From: an uncultured virus (IMG/VR IMGVR_UViG_3300021962_000002)
Lineage: Duplodnaviria; Heunggongvirae; Uroviricota; Caudoviricetes
Strand: one strand, 5' to 3'
IMG/VR virus record: IMGVR_UViG_3300021962_000002
Length of the DNA stretch: 64,000 nucleotides
Shown here: positions 55,812 through 64,000 of the stretch, piece by piece
Layout: every line of letters starts with the position of its first letter
Numbering within the stretch: position 1 is the first letter of the stretch
Made by a program: the position numbers and the translations under genes
Notes under the pieces: generated by a model
What the model saw: only the letters and a program-made list of their open reading frames with translations
Databases searched by the model: none
What the model was told of the DNA's origin: nothing

Positions 55812-58127
55812 ATGTCTTTTGTCGAAAGCACACGCGAACTTGATATTATCGCAGATAATTTGAAGAGTATTGACCCAAAAACGGGTGAAGCTCCTAAAGA
55901 ACGCATGGTTACGCCAGCTGGGTTACGTTCCATTCATAGTAAAAACATTAATGATGATGAAATTGGCTCCCATAACAGGGGATTGGTGCAACAAGACATG
56001 GATTTTAGTCCTCCTTTTGATGAAAAAGAACTAAAAGACAAAGGACAAGGTGAAAGATTTAACTTCAATACAGGTGAAGCAGCTGCAATTAAGAACGAAG
56101 CCGTCTCTGGTTACGTAGATATTTACAGCACACCTACTACAATTGCGCAGATTCCGTTGAAAAACGTTCCTGAGCCAATGCGTAGCATGTATGAAGCTGT
56201 ATTAGCTGAAGAATTCACCACAATGGATAAGGCGAATGACTCTGCTTTCCCCACATTCCTTCAACTTTGCGACATTTATGTTACTCATGGCGTGGCTGTA
56301 GGTTACTTTGAGGATAAACAGACAATGCATTACAAGGTTGGCGGGTTAGACAGATTCAAATTCCCGCGCAAAACAACCATCATTACGAGCGATATGCCTA
56401 TGTGTACTTGCTCCAGCACAATGAGCATCATTGAACTCTATAATAAGATTAGAGGAGATGAACCCTTGAAAGGCTGGAATAAAGATGCTGTAATTAGAGC
56501 TATTACTACTGCGGCTGGTCACACTGACACCAAGTGGAATGAATGGGAGCGCCTACAAGAAGACTTGAAATGTAACGATGTCTATCTTGAGAGCGCAGTT
56601 GACATGATTGAACTGGTTTATGGCTGGATTGTAGAGTTTGACAAGAGCGTCTCCTTCTACATTACAACCAAAAACGGTTCAGACATGAACACTGCAAAAG
56701 GAGATGAAGAGTTCCTGTTTAAGGAAGTCAGTTACTATGAAAACACCAATCAAGCCTTCCAGATTTTTGCATTCACAATTGGAAACAATGCCCGTATCCA
56801 CTCCGTAAGAGGATTAGGCTACCTTATCTACCAGATCTGTAACGCTATGAACGTCCTAACCTGTAAGGTTATGGACAATGCGCGTATTGAGGGATCAATG
56901 GTTGTTCAAGCTACAACGCAAGAAGACCTTGAAGACCTTGAAATTATTGACTTTGCTGGCGGTATTGCACTACCTCCAAACATTAATCTTCCAGCTAGAC
57001 CACAAGCCAACAACCTCAATAACTCCATGATTCCAGCTATCCAGCTTGGTCGTGGACTTCTTGATCGCGCTACTGGTGGACTAAGTGCTGGTAACATGAT
57101 TCTGGCAAACCAACAAGATAGACGCACAAAACTTGAGGTTAGTGCGCAACTTGATTGGATTAACAAACTAAATAGTTTTGCTATCAACCTGTTCTATGGT
57201 CCGTTGGATAAATTGATGCGTGAAAAAGTTAAACGTGCATTCACGATTCGACAACCTGACCGAGAAAGCCGTAAAATGGTGCAGGAAATGAAGCAACGCT
57301 GCATAGATAGAGGAGTGCCTGAAGAGGTATTCGCTATGATTGATTATGAAAAAATCAAAGCGCAGCGTATCATTGGAACTGGATCAAGAGTAAGTCGTGT
57401 TATGATTTACGACCAGCTGCAACAAATGTATGCAAGCATGGATGAAATTGGACGTAAGAACTTTACGTTCGATGTAGCTGCCGAGCTTATTGGCGCTGAC
57501 AAGACCGTTCGTTACTTTGGTAAACCAGAGGATCAACGTCTTCCAATGGATGCTAAGATTGCTGATCTTGAAAACAACCTGTTGCTACAAGGTCAACCAG
57601 TCAATCCTATTGATGGTGAAATGCACATGGTTCACATTCCTCGCCACTTGGCAGTGCTTGAAGAATCGCTTCAGGGCGTTGAAACTGGTGAAGTTGACTT
57701 GATGCAGTATGCTACAACCTTCTCTCCAGTTCATGAACACCTTACTCAAACTCTTGAAATGACTACGGTTCAACCTGAAATTCAAGAAGAGTATAACTCC
57801 TTCCTACAAAGAGCACAGCAAATTGGTGAAATCATTGTTAATGGTATTCGCGCTTATAACAAGCAACAACAAAAAGCTGAAGAAGAAGCTGCTGCTGCTG
57901 CTGAACAAGGTCAACCACAAGAGCAAGGTGGCAATCCAGCTGAGACAATGGAAACTCGCATGAAGATGCAGATGCAAGCAGAGATTCACCAAGAGAAACT
58001 CCGTCAAATGCGCGAGATTGGACAGCAAAAGATCGTTCTTGAAACACAGAAAGCTATGAGCCAGATTGCAGCTAAGGACGCTGAAGCCAGAGCTAGAGTG
58101 GACAGAATCAAAGCCATGGGGCAATAA
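55812..58127 (+). CDS. Portal protein
   Basis: 771 aa directly after TerL; podovirus-type size; Gln-rich coiled C-terminal extension. Confidence 0.75.
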   Translation: MSFVESTRELDIIADNLKSIDPKTGEAPKERMVTPAGLRSIHSKNINDDEIGSHNRGLVQQDMDFSPPFDEKELKDKGQGERFNFNTGEAAAIKNEAVSGYVDIYSTPTTIAQIPLKNVPEPMRSMYEAVLAEEFTTMDKANDSAFPTFLQLCDIYVTHGVAVGYFEDKQTMHYKVGGLDRFKFPRKTTIITSDMPMCTCSSTMSIIELYNKIRGDEPLKGWNKDAVIRAITTAAGHTDTKWNEWERLQEDLKCNDVYLESAVDMIELVYGWIVEFDKSVSFYITTKNGSDMNTAKGDEEFLFKEVSYYENTNQAFQIFAFTIGNNARIHSVRGLGYLIYQICNAMNVLTCKVMDNARIEGSMVVQATTQEDLEDLEIIDFAGGIALPPNINLPARPQANNLNNSMIPAIQLGRGLLDRATGGLSAGNMILANQQDRRTKLEVSAQLDWINKLNSFAINLFYGPLDKLMREKVKRAFTIRQPDRESRKMVQEMKQRCIDRGVPEEVFAMIDYEKIKAQRIIGTGSRVSRVMIYDQLQQMYASMDEIGRKNFTFDVAAELIGADKTVRYFGKPEDQRLPMDAKIADLENNLLLQGQPVNPIDGEMHMVHIPRHLAVLEESLQGVETGEVDLMQYATTFSPVHEHLTQTLEMTTVQPEIQEEYNSFLQRAQQIGEIIVNGIRAYNKQQQKAEEEAAAAAEQGQPQEQGGNPAETMETRMKMQMQAEIHQEKLRQMREIGQQKIVLETQKAMSQIAAKDAEARARVDRIKAMGQ

Positions 58128-58132
58128 ACTTT

Positions 58133-58366
58133 ATGACAGAAGCAGAACAACAAGCGTTAGGCCGTATTTTGGCCACGCCATTATTGGAGAAAGTATTCTC
58201 CGAGATTCCACGCACTAGATGCAAGATAGATGTTGATACAGTGGAAAAAGCCGCTTTATCACAGGCTTACAATATGGGGCTTTTAGCTGGGCTAAACGCG
58301 TTCTATGAGTTAGCTAAAACCAAACAAACTGTAACATTAACAACGAGAAAGTTGCGCCATGAGTAA
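58133..58366 (+). CDS. Small head-module protein
   Basis: 77-aa helical ORF between portal and scaffold. Confidence 0.55.
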   Translation: MTEAEQQALGRILATPLLEKVFSEIPRTRCKIDVDTVEKAALSQAYNMGLLAGLNAFYELAKTKQTVTLTTRKLRHE

Positions 58367-59519
58367 AGAAGACACCGATGACGGAGGAGAAATTGAAATC
58401 CTAAAAGCAATGAACGATTCATTCCCAACGGATGATAATTATTCATTATCAGACAATAATGAACCAATCGAGGAAACTCCTGTTTCTGATCCTGTAAAAA
58501 AGGATGATGTAGCTCCAGCAGTTAAAAATGATGAAGTTAACTTAATTGAGGAAGCTGATGACTTTCTTGGTTTGTCTGAGGAAGAAAAATCAACTGAGTT
58601 TAATGAAGACACCTTCAATAAAGAAACTGAAGAAATGTCAAAAGGCATGGATGCTAAAGCAGGTGACAAGTTCCGTGCTTTGCGTCAAGAGCTTAAAGAC
58701 TACAAACAAAAGCAAGTTGAGGTAAAAGTCCCTGCTGATGTTGAAGCTAAAATCAAAGACCTAGAACTTAAAGCCGCTGAAGCAGAAGGCCTACGTCAAC
58801 AAGTAGAAGAACTTAGCTCTGTCAGTGCCAAGGTTAAAGTTGAATCGTCTCAAGAATACAAAAAGAAAGTCCTTGAGCCAGCTGTAGCCATCTTGCAAGA
58901 GTCTGAAAAGATTGCCGCTGCACATGAGGTTGATGCTGAAATCGTTCAAGATATTGTCCGTGAACAAGACAGAGAATTGCAGATTGAGTTGATTAATGCT
59001 CATTTATCTGGACTTAATGAGCTTGAAAAGCAAGACCTTTATCGCATGATCTATGAATACCGTAATCTTGGTAAACTTAGACAGGATATGCTTGAGAATG
59101 CTTCAGTTAAACTAAGTCAGATTGAAGCAGAACAAATTGAACAACAACAAAGACAATCTGAAGAAGAAAAGAAAGCTGTTCAACAAATCCAATCTAGCAT
59201 TTGGGATAAGTACAAAACAGTTATTCCAGGATTTACGAATGAAAATGGAGAATCCACTGAAGACTGGACAAAGCTTCGCAATAGAGCATTATCCATTGAT
59301 TTCAACAAGGCCGCTGGCAAGGATAAGGCTTATGCTGCATTTGCTGGTGTTGCGCTTCCACATGTAATCAAAGAGCTTAACAATGCTAAGAAAATGCTAC
59401 AGGAGCTTACAGGTAAAGAAGCTAATGAGATTCTACGCAGACCAAAACTTGGTCAGCCAGTTGTTGAATCAGCAGAGCCTGAAGATTTTCTTTCTGCGAT
59501 GAGAAAAATGAAATTCTAA
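58359..59519 (+). CDS. Capsid scaffolding protein
   Basis: Acidic N-terminus, long coiled coils, immediately upstream of the capsid gene. Confidence 0.65.
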   Translation: MSKEDTDDGGEIEILKAMNDSFPTDDNYSLSDNNEPIEETPVSDPVKKDDVAPAVKNDEVNLIEEADDFLGLSEEEKSTEFNEDTFNKETEEMSKGMDAKAGDKFRALRQELKDYKQKQVEVKVPADVEAKIKDLELKAAEAEGLRQQVEELSSVSAKVKVESSQEYKKKVLEPAVAILQESEKIAAAHEVDAEIVQDIVREQDRELQIELINAHLSGLNELEKQDLYRMIYEYRNLGKLRQDMLENASVKLSQIEAEQIEQQQRQSEEEKKAVQQIQSSIWDKYKTVIPGFTNENGESTEDWTKLRNRALSIDFNKAAGKDKAYAAFAGVALPHVIKELNNAKKMLQELTGKEANEILRRPKLGQPVVESAEPEDFLSAMRKMKF

Positions 59520-59543
59520 TTTTTGTAAAATAGTTTTTGACAC

Positions 59544-59607
59544 ATGCTGCTTTTTATGACAATTGTCTCTCGAACTGTTCGAGGTGCATGGTTCTAAAAA
59601 GCAGCAT
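59544..59607 (+). other. Inverted repeat in the capsid leader
   Basis: Perfect 13-bp ATGCTGCTTTTTA/TAAAAAGCAGCAT enclosing CTCGAAC-T-GTTCGAG. Confidence 0.7.
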
Positions 59608-59704
59608 TTTCCGTTGGCTCGGTCGTTATCCGTTCTAGTAGTTACTTCTACAGAGGTTTTCCTCAGTGGTATTTTCTTCTTTAACTTTTAACTAATAATA
59701 AATT

Positions 59705-61108
59705 ATGGCTGACACAATTAATGACTGGTTGCTCCGCGAGTCGGGCAGAATCACCCCTAATATTAACCAAAAAATGATGGCCAAAACCACACCTTGGCTT
59801 ACCCTGCATCTTCGTGAAGCATGGGAAGAAGGTATGGGTAATGTCCACAAAACCTTTGTATTCGATCGCGCTCAACTTGTTGGCGCTGCCCCTGTTGATT
59901 GGCAAAACATGACCGATGTAGATGGTGCTAACACAGTAGGTAGTAGCTGTGTGCCGCAATCTGACGAAATCAAATTCACGCAACAAAGCCGTGAGTATTT
60001 CCTGCAAACCAAAGCAATTTGGGGTCCGAACCTTTGCGTAAACAACCTTCGCAATACTTTTGTTCGTGAACAACAAATGAAAGCTTCGATTGCTGCTCTT
60101 GCTGACCAAGCTCGCGAGACTTGGATTGAGCGTTACCGTAGTGAATACACCCGTGTTTCGGATAACAAATGCCTTGCTAATTCCAGTTTTGCCCTTAACG
60201 GCGGTGGATACAATAATTTTGCATTCCCTAGCCCAGGAAGTACACCTGCTGTTTCTATTCTTACCCAAAGTTTCCTTAACTATGTTTACGAGTATCTTAA
60301 CCATCAAGGCGCACAAGACGGCGCTATGGGCATGGTTGAAACCCGTCCAGTGTATGGCCTTGTAACTAGCGCTCGCACTAGCCGCAACATTATCTTGGAA
60401 AATGCTGACATTCGTGAAGACTTCCGTTATTCGTCTCAAAACGAAAAACTGCTTGCTCCTATGGGTGTTAAGTGGAACTACGCTGGCTTTGTTCACTTGA
60501 TTGATGATAAGACTCCTCGTTGGAACTGGCTACCCGCTGCAACTGGAACCATCAAAGTGGCAACCACGATTCTCACAACTTACGCTGCTGACGGAACAAC
60601 CCTTGCCGCAACGACTCTTACGGTTGGCTCGCAAGTGTATTCTGGTTCTAATCAATACATTATTAAAGCTGTATTGAGTGGTAGCACTTACACTGTAATG
60701 AAGCCAGACGGCACAGCACCTACCATTCAGAGTTCCGCTGCCGTGTATAGTGCATGGGTTAAAGTTCCTGAGTTTATCAAGTCTGGCAATGTGATTATTC
60801 CTAATCCTGCTTGGCTTTCTGCTGAGTACGAGGATTCCTACATCTTCCACCAAAAAACTGAAGTGTGCTTGATTCCTAAGCCAATCACTAATGTTGCTGG
60901 TGCTAAGTTTGATGTTGTCAATCATGCTGGTGAGTTCTCTTGGAAGAACTACTTGGATGAAGAAAAGAACCCAGACGGCACGATTGGTCGTTTCCGTGGT
61001 GTTCTTAGCTCTGGCACACGTCCTGAAAATCCTGAGTTTGGTATTGTCATTCGTCATAGAGCGTGTCCTAATGCGTTTGCGATTGTTGACTGCACTACCC
61101 TAGGATAA
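59705..61108 (+). CDS. Major capsid protein
   Basis: 467 aa after the scaffold, biased codon use (cgt, aac, ttc), followed by a strong hairpin. Confidence 0.8.
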   Translation: MADTINDWLLRESGRITPNINQKMMAKTTPWLTLHLREAWEEGMGNVHKTFVFDRAQLVGAAPVDWQNMTDVDGANTVGSSCVPQSDEIKFTQQSREYFLQTKAIWGPNLCVNNLRNTFVREQQMKASIAALADQARETWIERYRSEYTRVSDNKCLANSSFALNGGGYNNFAFPSPGSTPAVSILTQSFLNYVYEYLNHQGAQDGAMGMVETRPVYGLVTSARTSRNIILENADIREDFRYSSQNEKLLAPMGVKWNYAGFVHLIDDKTPRWNWLPAATGTIKVATTILTTYAADGTTLAATTLTVGSQVYSGSNQYIIKAVLSGSTYTVMKPDGTAPTIQSSAAVYSAWVKVPEFIKSGNVIIPNPAWLSAEYEDSYIFHQKTEVCLIPKPITNVAGAKFDVVNHAGEFSWKNYLDEEKNPDGTIGRFRGVLSSGTRPENPEFGIVIRHRACPNAFAIVDCTTLG

Positions 61109-61120
61109 TGTTCATAGTCT

Positions 61121-61153
61121 GCCTCCCTCATGACCTGAAATCATGGGGGAGGT
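61121..61153 (+). terminator. Hairpin after the capsid gene (terminator or stabiliser)
   Basis: GCCTCCCTCATGA-N7-TCATGGGGGAGGT; weak U-tract. Confidence 0.55.
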
Positions 61154-61192
61154 TATCTCCCTACGGGGAAGAATTTAGCCAACTAAACCGCT

Positions 61193-64000
61193 ATGAATCT
61201 TTACGTTGATCTTGCTACTAGACGAATTGTCTTTAGCCCAAAACTAAACAAAGAACTTGCAAGAGTCGATGTAAAACGTGGAGACGTTTATCCTCTTACT
61301 ATTGTGTTCTTGAGTAATGGGAAACCTACTCAAATTGCTGCTGGCTCTGTAATTGCGTTTTGCGCAAAAAAGAAAAATGATTTTGATGCCGATCCTTTAG
61401 TTCTATCCAATTCATTTACTCTTAGTGGCGCTGGGACTGATGATCCAAAATACAATGGAGTTATTCAGCTTAATGGGGAAGATTTGAATGACTACCTTGA
61501 TAACGTTAGCAATAAAGCTGATGACCTTGTTTTTGCTGATTTACATTCAGAAATTAACTGGAGTGCTGGAGGTGTATCACTTACAACAAATACTTTAATA
61601 CTTCGCGTATATAATGATATTTACAAAGACGGTGACGGAAATCCAGAGTTAATTGTAGGTCAACCATTTGTGTTTCCAAATGGATTAAAAATACCAAGTT
61701 TAACAACTGGTAATGTTGTTTTGGTTGGAACAGATGGTTTGCTTCAGGATATTTCAAGAAGTGGAATTGATACTAGAAGTTCATTCCCTCCATCAAGCCA
61801 TACACATGGCAGTATTACCAATGATGGAAAAATTGGCACTACTTCAAATTTAGTCGTAATAACTGGCGCTGCTGGTTTACTGACTACTAATTCACGCTAT
61901 GAAATCGACACTAGAACATCATTTCCTAATGATGATGTAGCTGCTGCAACATCCAACTCGACTGCTGGGACAATAGTGAAAAGAGATAGCGATGGGGCAA
62001 TTAGTCTCGCTTCTTCAAATACTGAGGGGATAACGCTATCTATAAGCAATTCTGGCAATGCCGATAACACTAATGCAAGAGCAATCCAAGCCATAGCAAC
62101 TGGAACAGCTGGAATCGCTGGAGAGTTTACGAGCACTAGTGGTCAGGCAATTATTGCTACATCAGATAGTTCTACTGCTCTTGAAGTTCGTAGCAAAGAT
62201 GGAACCTATCATGCAACATTTGGCAACTCAGGCAATAACCGTTCGGCAATTGAACGTGTTCGCGGTTGGTTTGTTTGGTTTTATGCAAATTTTACAGGGC
62301 GACTTAAAACTGCAAACATCACAGCCAATCGTGATTGGACTCTACCTAATGCCTCTGGAACGATTGCCTTAACAAGCGATATTGTGGACAGCGTTACAAG
62401 CGCAACAACATCAGACGGAACGGCAAACCTGTCTATCTCCAATGTCACCACGGCAACAGCCACAGTATCAAGTTTGCTCACCGCTAATCACATTCACGGC
62501 AATATTGCAGGAACTCTTTACACGCACGTCCACACAGGCGAGGCAGTGAGTAAAGGTGATCCCGTTTATGTATCAGGATTCCACAATGGATCAGGTCAAC
62601 CGATTGTATCAAAAGCGGATGCAAGCAACCCCGCGAAAATGCCAGCAATCGGTGTAATGGACGCTGCTTATGCGCAAAACGTATCAGGTGCGAATTGTGT
62701 TATTGCAGGCACTATTACAAGTGTCGATACGGATGCCTTTAGCGTAAACAGCCCAGTCTATGTTCGCAATGGTGGAGGATTCTCTGAAACTATCGGAACG
62801 ATTCCGCAACAAGTTGGGATTGTTGAAAGATCAAACCAGAACAATGGAGCATTTGTTGTTACCAATAACAAGGTGATTTCGAGTGCGGATATTTCAGACT
62901 TCGCAACGGCAGTAGAGGCAATCGCGCCAAATGCCGTGACAAACGCAACGACATCGGACGGCACAGCAAGTCTCGACATTTCCAACCTCACACTTTCGCA
63001 AGGAATCACGTCTGGACTCCAGACTAAGATGGTATTTACTGCTGAACCGACAGCAGTCGGAGATGGGCAGCAAATCATTTGGCAATGGTATAACGGTGGC
63101 AGTCCAATTACCACAGCGGCTATCTCATCCGAGGCAACAGGATCGACTACCGACAAGTTGATTTTCAAAACAACCGCAGGTGGATCGCTTAGCGCATCGC
63201 TTGATTTAACCAACGCGCTTGCAACATTTTCAGGCGTAGTTTCCTCATTGGGTGCAACATATCAAACAGGATCGACATTTACATATAATGGATCAACAGC
63301 GGCAGCGCATCGGACGGCTCTTGGGCTTACAACGCTCGCAACGACAATCCCAGCAGTAAACGTAGCGACATTTCTCGAAACGCCAACCAGCGCGAATCTT
63401 GCGGCAGCACTAACCGACGAGAATGGCACAGGGGGGGGATTTATTAGGGCGCAGGGCGCAACTTTGACTAGCCCATCTTTTGTCGGGCCAGTCAACCTAA
63501 CATCGCAAGACGCAAGCACAGCGGATCGAATAATGACTAGAGATTTGGCTCTAGCTGAAGAAGCTATGAACGTAGCTTTTTGGCATTTTGGCTTAAATAC
63601 ATCAGGAGGTAACTCTGGCACTGGATCAAGTGCGATACGCTCAGGTTCAACCGCAACAGGATGGGGTAGGCAAATTATTACTTCAAACGCTATGCGCTCT
63701 GGCGCGTCTGGCGGAGTTACAATGCGCGGAGATGTGCCAATAGCTGTTGCTTTTTTTGGTGCTATTGACGTGGCACAAGCACTAAACGGAGGCAAAGTTC
63801 GCATTATTGTAGGAGATACAGGAAACGCTACTGGAACACCACCAAGGTTTGGCGGTCAAGATGCACTGCTCGCAAGAGGATTTGGCGCAGAAGTATATTG
63901 GTCAACGGCAAATGCTAGACAAGAAATCCGTCTTTTTGCATATGGAGCAAGTGGTTATGTAGTTTCTACTGGAGCAGCTTTTCCTAATAATTACCAAGGT
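61193..64000 (+). CDS. Tail fibre protein, truncated at the window end (at least 936 aa; not in ORF track)
   Basis: Open from ATG 61193 (MNLYVDLATRRIVFSP..KRGD..); SHTHGSITNDGKIG fibre motif; Thr/Ala/Gly-rich; repeated VTxATTSDGTA linker. Confidence 0.8.
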   Translation, partial: MNLYVDLATRRIVFSPKLNKELARVDVKRGDVYPLTIVFLSNGKPTQIAAGSVIAFCAKKKNDFDADPLVLSNSFTLSGAGTDDPKYNGVIQLNGEDLNDYLDNVSNKADDLVFADLHSEINWSAGGVSLTTNTLILRVYNDIYKDGDGNPELIVGQPFVFPNGLKIPSLTTGNVVLVGTDGLLQDISRSGIDTRSSFPPSSHTHGSITNDGKIGTTSNLVVITGAAGLLTTNSRYEIDTRTSFPNDDVAAATSNSTAGTIVKRDSDGAISLASSNTEGITLSISNSGNADNTNARAIQAIATGTAGIAGEFTSTSGQAIIATSDSSTALEVRSKDGTYHATFGNSGNNRSAIERVRGWFVWFYANFTGRLKTANITANRDWTLPNASGTIALTSDIVDSVTSATTSDGTANLSISNVTTATATVSSLLTANHIHGNIAGTLYTHVHTGEAVSKGDPVYVSGFHNGSGQPIVSKADASNPAKMPAIGVMDAAYAQNVSGANCVIAGTITSVDTDAFSVNSPVYVRNGGGFSETIGTIPQQVGIVERSNQNNGAFVVTNNKVISSADISDFATAVEAIAPNAVTNATTSDGTASLDISNLTLSQGITSGLQTKMVFTAEPTAVGDGQQIIWQWYNGGSPITTAAISSEATGSTTDKLIFKTTAGGSLSASLDLTNALATFSGVVSSLGATYQTGSTFTYNGSTAAAHRTALGLTTLATTIPAVNVATFLETPTSANLAAALTDENGTGGGFIRAQGATLTSPSFVGPVNLTSQDASTADRIMTRDLALAEEAMNVAFWHFGLNTSGGNSGTGSSAIRSGSTATGWGRQIITSNAMRSGASGGVTMRGDVPIAVAFFGAIDVAQALNGGKVRIIVGDTGNATGTPPRFGGQDALLARGFGAEVYWSTANARQEIRLFAYGASGYVVSTGAAFPNNYQG

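Noticed and set aside
59681..63804. Long - strand ORFs opposite the capsid and fibre genes (e.g. 59681-60496, 63262-63804)
   Set aside because: Antisense shadows of codon-biased genes
1..64000. Stop-codon reassignment, DGR, integrase or prophage boundaries, rRNA
   Set aside because: The standard code gives dense full-length genes; no reverse transcriptase, TR/VR pair, integrase, host genes or rRNA were recognised

Overview
The window is most of the genome of a tailed dsDNA phage (Caudoviricetes) with a podovirus-like layout. I see no tape measure gene, integrase or DNA polymerase in it. + strand late/virion genes lie at 1-25.7 kb: tail-associated proteins, a GT25-sulfotransferase fusion, a GT8 glycosyltransferase, and three probable ejection proteins including a 5576-aa giant. 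A second + strand block lies at 52.4-64 kb: TerS candidate, TerL, portal, scaffold, major capsid and a truncated tail fibre. Between them (25.7-52.3 kb) are - strand replication, recombination and accessory genes: ThyX, primase-helicase, DUF932, Rnl2-like ligase, SSB-like, ERF, Cas4-like nuclease, HNHs, ATPases, MazG-like and 2 tRNAs. Four signals stand out. (1) A tail-type protein with Asp/Ser/Gly repeats sits directly upstream of two glycosyltransferase domains and a sulfotransferase, a candidate phage 'proteoglycan-like' virion sulfo-glycosylation system. (2) Clusters of structured intergenic RNAs include two diverged copies of a kink-turn (box C/D-like) motif with compensatory changes. (3) The palindrome TTTAGYYRRCTAAA occurs at least 11 times, including inside ORFs. 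(4) Several + strand genes have leaderless sigma70-type promoters. All calls come from manual motif reading; no database searches were run. The host guess (Verrucomicrobiota-like) is inference only.
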